Shown here piece after piece: positions 13,739 through 30,689 of a stretch of DNA of 64,000 nt (positions are counted from its first letter, which is position 1; each line of letters opens with the position of its first letter). The position numbers and the translations under genes were made by a program. The stretch comes from Eledone cirrhosa (lineage: Eukaryota). The notes under the pieces are model-generated. The model saw only the letters and a program-made list of their open reading frames with translations, ran no database searches and was not told the origin of the DNA. Where the stretch lies: NCBI GenBank assembly GCA_964016885.1, contig OZ024765.1:11160001-11224000 (forward strand). Reading direction: 5' to 3'.

Positions 13739-14684
13739 TTGGTAGGTTGGTAGGTAGGTAGGTAGGTTGGTTGGTAGGGAGGTAGGTAGGTAGGTTGGTA
13801 GGTTGGTAGGTAGGTAGGTTGGTTGGTTGGTAGGTAGGTAGGTTGGTAGATTGGTAGGTAGATTGGTAAGTAGGTTGGTTGGTAAGTAGGTTGGTTGGTA
13901 GGTAGGTTGGTAGGTAGGTAGGTTGGTAGGTAGGTAGGTAGGTTGGTAGGTAGGTAGGTAGGTTGGTAGGTAGGTTGGTTGGTAGATTGGTAGGTAGGTT
14001 GGTTGGTAGGTAGGTAGGTAGGGAGGTAGGTAGGTAGGTTGGTAGGTAGGTAGGTTGGTTGGTAGGTAGGTAGGTTGGTTGGTTGGTAGGTAGGTAGGTA
14101 GGTTGGTAAGTAGGTAGGTAGGTTGGTTGGTTGGTAGGTAGGTTGGTAGGTAGGTAGGTAGGTTGGTTGGTTGGTAGGTAGGTTGGTTGGTAGGTAGGTA
14201 GGTTGGTTGGTTGGTAGGTAGGTAGGTAGGTAGGTTGGTAAGTAGGTAGGTAGGTAGGTTGGTTGGTAGGTAGGTAGGTAGGTAGGTAGGTAGGTAGGTA
14301 GGTAGGTAGGTAGGTAGGTAGGTTGGTAGGTAGGTAGGTAGGTAGGTAGGTAGGTTGGTTGGTTGGTAAGTAGGTTGGTAGGTTGGTAGGTAGGTAGGTT
14401 GGTAGATTGGTAGGTAGGTTGGTAAGTAGGTTGGTTGGTAAGTAGGTTGGTTGGTAGGTAGGTAGGTAGGTAGGTAGGTTGGTTGGTAGGTAGGTAGGTA
14501 GGTAGGTTGGTAGATTGGTAGGTAGGTTGGTAGGTAGGTAGGTAGGTTGGTTGGTAGGTAGGTAGGTAGGTAGGTTGGTAGATTGGTAGGTAGGTTGGTA
14601 GGTAGGTAGGTTGGTTGGTAGATTGGTAGGTTGGTTGGTAGGTAGATTGGTAGGTAGGTAGGTAGGGAGGTAGATAGGTTGGTA
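13739..14684. repeat. (GGTA)/(GGTT) tetranucleotide array
   Basis: Direct. Confidence 0.97.
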
Positions 14685-15459
14685 GACACACACACATCAC
14701 CACACACACGCCATACATACCACCACACACACCACACACACCACCACACACACACACCACACACACACCACCACACACGCCACACACACACCACACACCA
14801 CACACCACACACACCACACACATCACACACACACACACACCACACACACCACCACAAACGCCACACTTAAAATGATTACTTGTCAGAGTGAAAAAAACAT
14901 TCTTAATGTTTTCTCATGTGCCATGCTTGATTGCAAAGGTGGTGTGTGTGTGTACGTTTGTATGTGTGTGTGGTGTGTGTGAGTGGGTGTGTAGTTGTAT
15001 GTGTGTATGTGTGTGTGTGTATGTATGTTTGTATGTGTGAGTGGGTGTGTGGTTGTATGTGCGCGTGTGTGTGTGTGTGTATGTATGTTTGTGTGTGTGA
15101 GTGGGTGTGTGGTTGTATGTGTGCGTGTGTCTGTGTGTATGTATGTTTGTATGTGTGTGTGTGTGTGTGGTATTGAGTGAGTGTGAGTTTGTATGTTTGT
15201 GTGTGTGTGTGTGTGTGTGGTTGTGTGTGAGTGGGTGTGTGGTTGTATGTGTGCGTGCGTGTGTGTGTGTGTATGATTGAGTGTGAATGTGCGTGTGTGG
15301 TTATCTTATGTGTGTGGAGAGGGAAATTGACACATATATATGGATAAGAGGTCATCAATATCATCAACATCTCTCACTATATATATATGTGTGTGTGTGT
15401 ATATATATATGTATATATATGCATATATATATATATATGCATATATATATATATATATA

Positions 15460-15506
<47 letters not shown>

Positions 15507-15560
15507 GCATATACATGCATATATATATATATATATACACATATATATATATATATATGC

Positions 15561-15690
<130 letters not shown>

Positions 15691-15967
15691 GTATATATAT
15701 ATATGCATATATATATATATATGTATATATATATATGCATATATATATATGTGTATATATATATGCATATATATATATGTATATATATATATATGCATAT
15801 ATATATATATACACATAAATGCACATACCCTATACACCCCCGCCACACATATATATGTAGAAAGGTATGTATTTACGCATGATTTTGCATATATGTGAAC
15901 ATCAAAGGAGGTGTACAGATGTATATATATATATATATGCATTATATATATATATATATATATATGC

Positions 15968-16023
<56 letters not shown>

Positions 16024-16032
16024 TCATAGATA

Positions 16033-16074
<42 letters not shown>

Positions 16075-16325
16075 TTATATATATATGCATTATAGATATA
16101 TATGTATATATATATATATGCATTATATATATGTGTGTATATATATATATATGCATTATATATATATTTATGTATATATATATATATATATATATATGCA
16201 TTATATATATATATAAATAAATATATATATATATATATATATATATTTATTTATATATATATATATTTATTTATATATATATTTATATATATATTTATAT
16301 ATATATATATATATATATATTTATT

Positions 16326-16399
<74 letters not shown>

Positions 16400-16692
16400 G
16401 GTTTTATTTGTAGTTTGAAATATTTATCAATACATGTACATGTTTTCATGTAAATATGCATTATGTATGTATGGACCAGTAACTCTTTGTGGAATTGTAG
16501 GGGTCGCTGTAGTATTTTATCCCATTTCTTGATCAGTTTTCTCACTACCTCTCTCTCACACACACTCTCTCTCTCGCTTTCTCTGGAAGAAGTCTGCTGT
16601 GTTCAGATATAGAAGGAGGAATGGACTCTACCAGTCAGTGCTGGATTTAAGACAATCCTTCCATCATAATTTTATAAAAGAACCTTCCTTAA

Positions 16693-17981
16693 CCCTTTAG
16701 CATTCACATTACTCTATATATACTATTGTATTTTCATGGTAAAGTCTTTACCTCACATAATATCTCACATAACATTTACATTACTCTATATATACTATTG
16801 TATTTTCATGGTAAAGTCTTTACCTCACATAATATCTCACATAACATTTACATTACTCTATATATACTATTGTATTTTCATGGTAAAGTCTTTACCTCAC
16901 ATAATATCTCACATACCATTTACATTATTCTATATATACTATTGTATTTTCATGGTAAACTCTTTACCTCACATAATATCTCACATAACATTTACATTAC
17001 TCTATATATACTATTGTATTTTCATGGTAAAGTCTTTACCTCACATAATATCTCACATAACATTTACATTACTCTATATATACTATTATATTTTCATAGT
17101 AAAGTCTTTACCTCACATAATATCTCACATAACATTTACATTACTCCATATATACTATTGTATTTTCATCTTAAAGTGTTTACCTCACATAATATCTCAC
17201 ATAACATTTAGATTACTCTATATATACTATTGTATTTTCATGGTAAAGTCTTTACCTCACATAATATTTCACATAATATTTACATTACTCTATATATACT
17301 ATTGTATTTTCATGGTAAAGGCTTTACCTTACATAATATCTCGCATAACATTTACATTACTCTATATATACTATTGTATTTTCATCTTAAAGTGTTTACC
17401 TCACATAATATCTCACATAACATTTACATTACTCTATATATACTATTGTATTTTCATGGTAAAGGCTTTACCTCACATAATATCTCACATAACATTTACA
17501 TTACTCTATATATACTATTGTATTTTCACAGTAAAGGCTTTACCTCACATAATATCTCACATAACATTTACATTACTCTATATATACTATTATATTTTCA
17601 TGGTAAAGGCTTTACCTCACATAATATCTCACATAACATTTACATTACTCTATATATACTATTGTATTTTCACAGTAAAGGCTTTACCTCACATAATATC
17701 TCACATAACATTTACATTACTCTATATATACTATTGTATTTTCATGGTAAAGTCTTTACCTCACATAATATTTCACATAACTTTCACATTACTCTATATA
17801 TATACTATTGTATTTTCATGGTAAAGGCTTTACCTCACATAATATCGAATCTATGAGATTTTGAAAGTATTTATTTTGAGAACAATACCTTAACATCAGT
17901 TTGAGCGACCAGTTACAGCCAGTTTCAACAGAAAGAGGTAGAGAACTCTGGCCGGTTTTGGCCGGTTTGAACATTAAAGGG
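16693..17981 (+). mobile_element. piggyBac-type MITE with an internal 72-bp array (about 16 copies)
   Basis: TTAA|CCCTTTAGCATT ... AACATTAAAGGG|TTAA. The flanks rejoin to the host repeat GAACCTT..TTAAG.TATGTTCC. Period 72 (16741/16813). Confidence 0.88.
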
Positions 17982-18232
17982 TTAAGCTATGTTCCAAACA
18001 CCAGCTTAATAATGAGAAAGTTGGTAATAATACTCAATATTACTTTAAGTCCTTCAAATAAAAAAAAAATGTTCTAAATGATTTGAAAAATAAGAGGCAG
18101 GGTCTTTCATTAGATATACTGTAATGAATGGGTTAAAGCTTTTATATTTATCTAAAAACTTTCCATTATGATCTTAAAAAAGAACCTTTGTTAAGTTATG
18201 TTCCAAACACTAGTTTAATAATGAGAAAGTTA

Positions 18233-18374
18233 CCGTATTTCCTGAAATAGGTCTCAAAAATCTACCGTGTGTCCTGGAGGCCGAAGGTTGTTTATTATTT
18301 TTTTTCAAATGTTTGGTTGTCAAAATTAGGGTGTGTCCTCGAGGATGAAGTGTCTTCGGCCCCAGGAAATCTGG
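18233..18374. mobile_element. Tc1/mariner-pogo-type MITE
   Basis: TA|CCGTATTTCCTG ... CAGGAAATCTGG|TA. Confidence 0.65.
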
Positions 18375-18426
18375 TAACTACAATTCTTAATTATTTTAAA
18401 ACCATAGGCAGTGTATTTCACAAGAA

Positions 18427-18596
18427 CAGGGTTTCCCAAACTTTTTCAAACGTGGAACCCTTTTTGGGGAACCCTAAATTCTAATACTGTTATATGGTTA
18501 TAATATAAATATATTCCTCTACCTTTTTTTCACAGAAGCCCAGACACTCCTTTGTGAAACCCTTGGGTTCTGCAGGACCCACTTTGGGAACCCCTG
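18427..18596. mobile_element. hAT-type MITE
   Basis: Terminal inverted repeats CAGGGTTTCCCAAA / TTTGGGAACCCCTG; degenerate 8-bp TSD CACAAGAA/CATTAGAG. Confidence 0.7.
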
Positions 18597-18624
18597 CATT
18601 AGAGATATGGCAATGAAAGTGTTT

Positions 18625-19720
18625 ATATTTATCTAAAAGTTTTTAATTATAATTTTAATATGCAAGAACCTTTGTTAAGTTATATCCCCAACACTGCTTC
18701 TATGATACAAAACTGTTTGTTTCAACGTGCCTATATTTATCTAAAAATCTTACATCATAGTTTTACGTAAGAACCTTTGTTAAGTTATGTTCCTAACACT
18801 GGTTCTACGATACAAAACTGTCTGTTTCAAAGTGTTTACATTTATCTAAAAATCTTCTGTCATAATTTTAAGTAAGAACCTTTTTTAAGTTATGTTCCTA
18901 ACACTGGTTCTACGATACAAAACTGTCTGTTTCAAAGTGTTTACATTTATCTAAAAATCTTCTGCCATAATTTTAAGTAAGAACCTTTGTTAAGTTATGT
19001 TCCTAACACTGGTTCTACGATACAAAACTGTCTGTTTCAAAGTGTTTACATTTATCTAAAAATCTTCTGCCATAATTTTAAGTAAGAACCTTTGTTAAGT
19101 TATGTTCCCAATACTGGTTCTAGGATACAAAACTGTTTATTTGAAAGTGGTAATATTCACATGGTGTTACTCAATTTGACAGAAGATGGCCTTCCACATG
19201 CACTTGATAAGTTTGATGCTGAGTGCTGCATGGCTGGAATGAAAATCAGTGCTGTGAAACGCGAGACACTCGTCCTGTCAGGGAAGCCTGTGCAGTGCAT
19301 GCTGCATATGAATGGGGTTCCACTGAAGCAGGTAGAGAAGTTCAAGTACCTTGACAGATTTTATGGACAAAAACCAACTGGCAAGAGACCCAGAGCAAGA
19401 TGGTTGGATAACATCCATGAGCTTGGCTGGTCATACTTGGGGACCCAGCTGGATCAGTTGGAGACAGTTGCTTCTGACAGGATCTACTGGAGGGAGTGTT
19501 TGAGGGCTCTGTCCTCATGACCCTCGAAGTGGGTGAAGAAGAAGAAGAAGAAGAAGAAGAAGAAGAAAGAAGAAGAATATTTATCTAAAAGTCCTCCATA
19601 ATAATTTCATGTAAGAACCTTTGTTAAGTTATGTTTCTTACACTGGTTTTATAATATTAAAATGTACATTTTTAAGTGTTTATATTTATCTAAAAATCCT
19701 CCATCATACTTTCATGTAAG
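18625..19720. repeat. 105-bp tandem repeat interrupted by an RTE fragment
   Basis: TTTATCTAAAA at 18841, 18946, 19051; resumes at about 19580. Confidence 0.85.
19150..19575 (+). mobile_element. Internally deleted RTE family C fragment with (GAA)n tail
   Basis: AGMKISAVKRETLVL...LKQVEKFKYL fused to GKRPRARWLDNI...DRIYWR. Confidence 0.8.
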
Positions 19721-19814
19721 ATCAGGGCGGATGGAGGCTCCATCAGCCATAGTGTAGGCAACCCGTCTAGGAGAGCTACCACTCCGAATAATTTTGTGCG
19801 GGGTGGAGAAGCCC

Positions 19815-20450
19815 CCTAAGTCCAGTAAGACAACCTCCCTAGTGCTGGTGGCATGAATAAAAGCATCCAGTCCATGCTGTGAAATGGAGGTAATGGTAAT
19901 AGCATTCAGCCATTAAAAACCATGCTAAACTATGGGGTGGCGAGGTCCCCTGAGTCCAGTAAGACAACCTCCCTAGTGCTGGTGGCATGAATAAAAGCAT
20001 CCAGTCCATGCTGTGAAATGGAGGTAATGGTAATAGCATTCAGCCATTAAAAACCATGCTAAACTATGGGGTGGCGAGGTCCCCTGAGTCCAGTAAGACA
20101 ACCTCCCTAGTGCTGGTGGCATGAATAAAAGCATCCAGTCCATGCTGTAAAATGGAGGTAATGGTAATAGCATTCAGCCATTAAAAACCATGCTAAACTA
20201 TGGGGTGGCGAGGCCCCTTGAGTCCAGTAAGACAACCTCCCTAGTGCTGGTGGCACGAATAAAAGCACCCGGTCCATGCTGTAAAATGGAGGTAATGGTA
20301 ATAGCATTCAGCCATTAAAAACCATGCTAAACTATGGGGTGGCGAGGCCCCTTGAGTCCAGTAAGACAACCTCCCTAGTGCTGGTGGCACGAATAAAAGC
20401 ACCCGGTCCATGCTGTAAAGTGATGCTGGTGTTAGGACGGGCATCCAACC
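19815..20450 (+). repeat. 134-bp tandem repeat (about 4.5 copies) derived from an RTE/SINE-type 3' tail
   Basis: ORF offsets of 134; unit contains GTGCTGGTGGCACG..AAAAGCACCC and the last unit runs into GGTGTTAGGACGGGCATCCA. Confidence 0.85.
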
Positions 20451-20781
20451 AGTATATTAATGCCAAAACAATTATGAGCAATTGTGAACCTTTGTTCCAA
20501 ACACAAACTAAATAGCAAGAACATAATTTCTGTTGCAAAATTTCTCAGAATTCATGATTATCTTTCAAAATGATGGATAAAAGCCACTGGTAGTGTATTT
20601 CATTAGTAATATGGTAATGAAAGGGTTAAGGGTTCAATTGTATGTGGAATATAGAACCGAGTCACATAGAAACCAATTTGATGAATTGGATCTTCTGATA
20701 ATCAAACAATGGAATCTTTATGGCACATCCATCAATAAAGAGAAACTGGTGGGAGGAATTGTGTATATATATATATATGTT

Positions 20782-20821
<40 letters not shown>

Positions 20822-20865
20822 GTATGTATATATACATATATATATGATGTATACATATATATATA

Positions 20866-20917
<52 letters not shown>

Positions 20918-21019
20918 ATGTATGTACATATACATATATAAATATTTATATACATACATATATATACTATAAACATACATTATATATATATATATATATA
21001 TATGTTATGCTGTACTTCC

Positions 21020-21075
<56 letters not shown>

Positions 21076-22739
21076 ACAAAAAATAATTCTTTCCATAAAA
21101 GTATAAATGTAGTAGAGAATAATAAACTGTTAAGTGGATTTGAACTTTCACCTCCATGGTTTATACAGAACAATAAATAATTACTTCCCTTCCTACACCC
21201 TTCTCCTAAAAAAAGAGGCAAAAATGTAAAGTGAACTATTATACTAGCTGGAATGGAGTAGCGTGCATATATATATATTTATTTATATTAATATGTTTAT
21301 ATTTATATATTTCTCCTTACATATATAAATATATTACACATTAATATATATATATATAAATGTGTTTTTATTTATATATTTCTGCTTATATATATATATA
21401 TAAACACATCATGATGGTTGAAGATTTATGTATATATATAAATGTGTGTGTGTGTACACACACATATATATATATATATATATACTCACATACATCATGA
21501 TGGTTGAAGATTTATGTACATGTGTGTGTATGTATATATATGTGTGTATGTGTGTTTATATATATATATATATATATAAGTATATATATGTATATATATA
21601 TATATAAGTTTATATATGTATATACATATACATAAATATGTGTGTGTATGTATGTATATATATAAATATATATATACCTTCATTTTCTGGCATAAGAACA
21701 TAAAAGGGTTTCATAAATCTTGTGATGGAAATATGTTAAGTCATATATATATTTATTTATGTGTCGAGTAATATTGGAATGACCTTACATAATACATACA
21801 TACATATATACATACACCCACACACACATATATATACACATACATATATCATCATCATCATCATCATTTTACGTCTGCTTTTCCCTGCTTGCAAGGGTGG
21901 GACGGGTCTTATTCATATGTACATACATATATAAACATACATACATACATATATATAAGCAGATGTAAAATGACGATGATAATGATATACATACATACAT
22001 ATATACATAACTATATATATATATATATATATATACATACATACATATATATAGTATATATATTTATTTAATTCATTCATTCATCAAGCAAAACTGGTAA
22101 AGGACAAACACCACACATTTATGTGTTTATAATTATGTAGCTATATCTATATGTATGTATATGTATTTTCTATAATTTGTATATATCTATATATACACAC
22201 ACATATATATATATATAGAGAGAGAGGGGGGGGGAGCGAGCGAGCAAGACATAATTCAATTTATTATACATTTATGCCTTGTGCCTAAATAAGAAACCAT
22301 TATACATCTATGCATATTATTTGACTAATGTGTGTTTGTGAGTGAGTATGTGTGTGTATGTGTGTGTTTGTGTATGTGTGTGTTTGTGTGTGTGTGTGTA
22401 TGTGTGTGTGTGTGTATGTGTGTATGTGTGAGTATGTGTGTGTTTGTGTGTGTATGTGTGTGTTTGTGCGTGTATGTGTGTGTTTGTGTGTGTATGTGTG
22501 TGTATGTGTGAGTATGTGTGTGTATGTGTGAGTATGTGTGTGTATGTGTGGGTATGTGTGTACAGATAAATTATTAGTGCAATTATATATACACATTTAA
22601 CTTCACTGAATAAGCAGAGCTTAATTTTAAATTAAGGGCTCTCTTTAGTTGAAAGATGAATGCATATGTTACTATGTTGCTGAGAACATGTTTTATGAGG
22701 TGGCAAAGTAGTAGTTGCTGCTGCTGCTGCTGCTACTTT

Positions 22740-23398
22740 TCAGCTGAGTATACTGGAGCAACATGAAATGAAGTGTTTTGTTCAAGAACACAACACACAA
22801 CCCTGGCCAGGAAGTGAACACACAGCATTATGGTCATAAGTCCAACACCTTTACCACTGGAGCAACATGAAATGAAGTGTTTTGTTCAAGAACACACCAC
22901 ACAACCCAGTCCAAGAATCAAACCTACAACCTTATGATCATAAGTCCAACAACTTTACCACTGGAGCAACATGCAACGAAGTGTTTTGTTCAAGAACACA
23001 CCACACAACCCAGTCCAAGAATCAAACCTACAAGATTATGATCATAAGTCCAACACCTTTACCACTGGAGCAACATGCAACGAAGTGTTTTGTTCAAGAA
23101 CACAACACACAACCCTGGCCAGGAATCAAACCTACAAGATTATGATCATAAGTCCAACACCTTTACCACTGGAGCAACATGAAATGAAGTGTTTTCTTCA
23201 AGAACACAACACACAACCCTGGCCAGGAATCAAACCTACAACATTATGATCATAAGACCAACACCTTTACCACTGGAGCAACATGCAACGAAGTGTTTTG
23301 TTCAAGAACACAACACACAACCCTGGCCGGGCCAGGAATCAAACCCACAACATTATGATCGTAAATCTAACACTCTTACCACTAGGCCGTGTGCCTCC
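22740..23398 (-). repeat. 104-bp x6 tandem amplification of a CORE-SINE tRNA head
   Basis: ACTGGAGCAAC at 22856, 22960, 23064, 23168, 23272; SINE 5' end GGAGGCACACGGCCTAGTGG at 23398. Confidence 0.85.
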
Positions 23399-23496
23399 AC
23401 CGTGTACCTCATAAACCCGGAGTATACCTTTGACATCATATTAACAGGGACCCAATATAAATACTGCAAAGCATTCTATCCGAGCCCCTAATATAA

Positions 23497-24607
23497 TTGC
23501 AAATACAAGCGGCCAAAATGAGATTCCTCTGAAGGGTCTTTGGAGTAACATTACTTGATAAAGTGCATAGCTTGGAGATCAGAGAGTCACTCCAGGTAGA
23601 GCTGCTACTTCTCTGAATTGAGAGATCACAACTCCTATACTATGGGCATGTGGTTAGAATGTCTCAGGAAAGAATCTCTGAATTGAGAGATCACACCTCC
23701 AATACTATGGGCATGTGGTTAGAATGTCTCAGGAAAGAATCTCTGAATTGAGAGATCACAGCTCTGATACTATGGGCATGTGGTTAGAATGTCTCAGGAA
23801 AGAATCTCTGAATTGAGAGATCACAGCTCTGATACTATGGGCATGTGGTTAGAATGTCTCAGGAAAGAATCTCTGAATTGAGAGATCACAGCTCTGATAC
23901 TATGGGCATGTGGTTAGAATGTCTCAGGAAAGAATCTCTGAATTGAGAGATCACAGCTCTGATACTATGGGCATGTGGTTAGAATATCTCAGGAAAGAAT
24001 CTCTGAATTGAGAGATCACAGCTCTGATACTATGGGCATGTGGTTAGAATGTCTCAGGAAAGAATCTCTGAATTGAGAGATCACAGCTCTGATACTATGG
24101 GCATGTGGTTAGAATGTCTCAGGAAAGAATCTCTGAATTGAGAGATCACAACTCCTATACTATGGGCATGTGGTTAGAATGTCTCAGGAAAGAATCTCTG
24201 AATTGAGAGATCACAACTCCTATACTATGGGCATGTGGTTAGAATGTCTCAGGAAAGAATCTCTGAATTGAGAGATCACAACTCCTATACTATGGGCATG
24301 TGGTTAGAATGTCTCAGGAAAGAATCTCTGAATTGAGAGATCACACCTCCAATACTATGGGCATGTGGTTAGAATGTCTCAGGGAAAGAAATTGCTGGAC
24401 AGATTTTACAGGCAAAACCAACTGGCAAGAAACCCAGGGGTACACCCTGAGCAAGATGGTTGGATAACACCCATGAACTCAGTTGGTCTCACTTGGGAAT
24501 CCAGCTGGATCAGTTGGAGACTGTTGCTTCTGACAGGACCCACTGTAGGGAGTGCTTGAGGAGTCTGTCCCCATGACTCTCTCAGGAATAAGTGGACAAA
24601 GAAGAAG
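23497..24607 (+). mobile_element. RTE family C 3' fragment containing a 65-bp x12 tandem array (23611-24385)
   Basis: Unit encodes the degenerate RTE motif IERSQL*YYGHVVRMSQER; unexpanded or once-duplicated homologues at 37541-38060 and 45565-46090. Confidence 0.88.
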
Positions 24608-25052
24608 TTTCTTGTGATATATTATTAATCTAGAGACAGTCCCTTGTCATTCTCATTGTAAGAAATGGAAGTTAACCAATGATTGACATATTGAAAACAT
24701 GCAACCAATGACAGGGCTAGATTTAATGGGGAAAAAAGGGGGCAATTGCACACAAATTCGAGTAGTTCTATGCAATTTAGTACATATATATATATATATA
24801 TATGCACGCACATATATGTGCACATTTACAACTATTTATCAATCTAAATGTGTATGTATGTATATGTGTACATATATATATATATATACATACACATACA
24901 TATATACATACACACATCCATATATATTGATAAATGGATGAAATTGTGCACATATATGAGCATATATATATATAAAATTTCTTTAGTCAAAAATACGGTG
25001 AAAGCTATTCTATTTTTTAATTTCAAACCTGCTCACTGTTTCAAAACATACT

Positions 25053-25110
<58 letters not shown>

Positions 25111-25544
25111 TACAGAAATATATGATGGAGAAAACAAAACTCTTGTCAACAAATTTTTTTCCTTAAACATATATTATATTAACATACATGAACATATATA
25201 TATATATATGTGTACATATGTATATGTGTATATATCATCATCATTTTACGTCCGCTTTTCTCTCTCTCTCTCTCTATATATATAGAGAGAGATGCACTAA
25301 AGTGCACAGAACCGCTCACTTAAATTTGTGTGTATGTATGCGTGTGTGTGTATGTGGGCATATGTGTGTCTGTGTGTATGTGTGTGTATGTATGCATATG
25401 TGTGTGTGTGTATATGCGGGCATATGCGTGTATGTGTGTGCGTGTGAGTCTCTTTGAACACGAAATACAACCAGCAGGTCTATTATTACTGGAGAATAAT
25501 TGAAATAAACTACATAACTCTGCTGGTGTACAAACTACAACAGT

Positions 25545-26228
<684 letters not shown>

Positions 26229-26469
26229 TATGTGGACTGGACAGGTCACAACACTGACCCTTCAGTGTATGATGGAGGACAGAGTCCAGTGGTGACCTCT
26301 GGTAGCCAGAATGTCTAGAGAGAGACCACTCTAATGATTAACTGAACAAGTTATAAGATTAGGATATTATTATATTTTCTTTTTGTACTAAATTAAATAA
26401 ACTGATAAAATCTATTCATATGAATTCCTATTATTTATACATCTAAAGATTAGTTTTCTATTTTCATAC

Positions 26470-28642
<2,173 letters not shown>

Positions 28643-28687
28643 TTACTTCAAAATATTAATAAATAAAGACAATCATGGGATCAAATA

Positions 28688-28754
28688 TATTTTATTATAC
28701 ATATTTCAGAGGTACTGAGCTATCTTCAACAGTATGTCCTCATCAGATAAAATA
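28688..28754 (-). ncRNA. Type I hammerhead ribozyme motif
   Basis: TATTTTAT-CTGATGA-GGACATACTG...CAGTACCTCT-GAAA-TATGTA-TA-ATAAAATA. Confidence 0.85.
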
Positions 28755-28822
28755 AGTTGATGCCTGACATACCTTAACTGTGTTGATGGTTATAATTTAG
28801 TCATGTTGTTAAACTTTTAATC

Positions 28823-28883
<61 letters not shown>

Positions 28884-29139
28884 GTTTCTACTTTAGACAC
28901 AAGGCCAGCAATTACCCAGTGCATTACTGGTACTTTATTTTATCGACCTTATTTTATCGATATATATATATATAATAATAATAAATTTGAAGACTAAAAT
29001 CTGTTATTTTAATAAATATATATAAATATATATACACACATATATACCCCCACACACACACACTGCTGACACATTCTATACATCATCAGGAAATCACCTC
29101 TAGGGTAATGTTTCTCATAGAGGTGACAACATTAATATT

Positions 29140-30030
29140 GATGATGATGATGATAATAATAACATAAGTATAAATGATGATGATGATAATAATAACATAA
29201 GTATAAATGATGATGATGATAATATTATTATAAATGATGATGATGATACAAATACTGATGATGATGATGATGATAATATTAATAAAAATTCATAATGATG
29301 ATGGTGATGATAATGAAGGTAATGATGTAGATAATGATGATGATGATGATAATGGTGATAACAATGGCAATGAAAATGATGATGACAATGATGATGATTA
29401 TAATAAAACATTTATGATGATGATAATGGTGATGATGATGGTAATGATAATGATGGTAATAATGCTGATGATGGTGATGATGATGGTAATGATAATGATG
29501 GTAATAATGCTGATGATGGTGATGATGATGGTAATGATAATGATGGTAATAATGCTGATGATGGTGATGATGATGGTAATGATAATGATGGTAATAATGC
29601 TGATGATGATGATGATGATGATGATGGTAATAATGCTGCTGCTGATGATGGTGATGGTGATGATGGTAATAATGTTGATGATGATGATGATAATGATAAT
29701 GATGATGATGATGCTGAAGATAATGATGATGGTGATGATAATGATGGTATGATGATGGTAATAATGCTGCTGCTGCTGCTGATGATGATGATGGTGATGA
29801 TGGTGATAATGCTGATGATGATGATGATGATGATGATAATGATGATGATGATGAAGATAATGATGATGGTGATGATAATGATGGTAATAATGCTGATGAT
29901 GATGAAGATAATGATGATAATGATGGTAATAATGCTGATGATGATGATAAAGATAATGAAGATAATGATGATGATGAAGATAATGATGATGATGATGATG
30001 ATGATAATGAAGATAATGGTGGTGATGGCA
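29140..30030. repeat. (ATG)n-based compound microsatellite
   Basis: Direct. Confidence 0.95.
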
Positions 30031-30475
30031 ATGCTTATGAAAGCAACACTATAGGACAGACTCTATTTATCACACTGGCACTATAATGACAAAATAATTA
30101 TTGCTTCAATCAGTGAATTATTGAGTAGCTGATTGATTTATCAGAAATTCCGTTAGGCAACAACAACAATAACAACAACAACAACAACAATAACAACAAT
30201 AACCCCCATCACACCCTCCCCCACCCTCACCTTACTTTCCACACATAAAAAAAAAATAATGAAAAATAAAAAAAAAAAAAATATAGAAGAAAAAATAGAC
30301 AATGCAAACACAGAAGGGAAAATATTGAACTGATCAATTCAATTGAAACTTATCTGTGCCGATCACTGATGATTATTCAATAAAGTAAGTTCCAGAATTT
30401 GGCAGACAAAGAACCAGGATAAAACCAATGAATATATTATTCTATATTTCCTATATTTCCATAATAAGTAGAAGT

Positions 30476-30517
30476 TCTTACCTGAAAAAAAAGAAAAGAA
30501 AAAATACCAATGTAAGA
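30476..30517 (-). promoter_or_regulatory. Candidate recursive splice site (zero-length exon)
   Basis: Minus strand: branch-like CTTAC, about 20-nt pyrimidine tract, then CAG|GTAAGA at 30482/30481. Confidence 0.5.
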
Positions 30518-30689
30518 ACAGAATATATATATATACAAATATTTATACACACATATATATATATATGTGTGTATGTGTGTGTGTATATATATATAATAAA
30601 TTGAAGTGAAAGCAACTGGTGCGTGTGTTTCTTATTGACAATATGACCCTCCCAAAGCATAACAATATATATATATATATATATATATA

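Noticed and set aside
13739-14684. Telomere-like G-rich array
   Set aside because: Units are GGTA/GGTT tetramers, not TTAGGG or TTAGG.
16726-17856. 362-aa and 208-aa repetitive ORFs
   Set aside because: In-frame translation of the 72-bp MITE-internal array.
29234-30054. Met/Asp-rich ORFs superficially like reflectin or biomineral proteins
   Set aside because: Pure (ATG)n microsatellite; no reflectin motif or splice signals.
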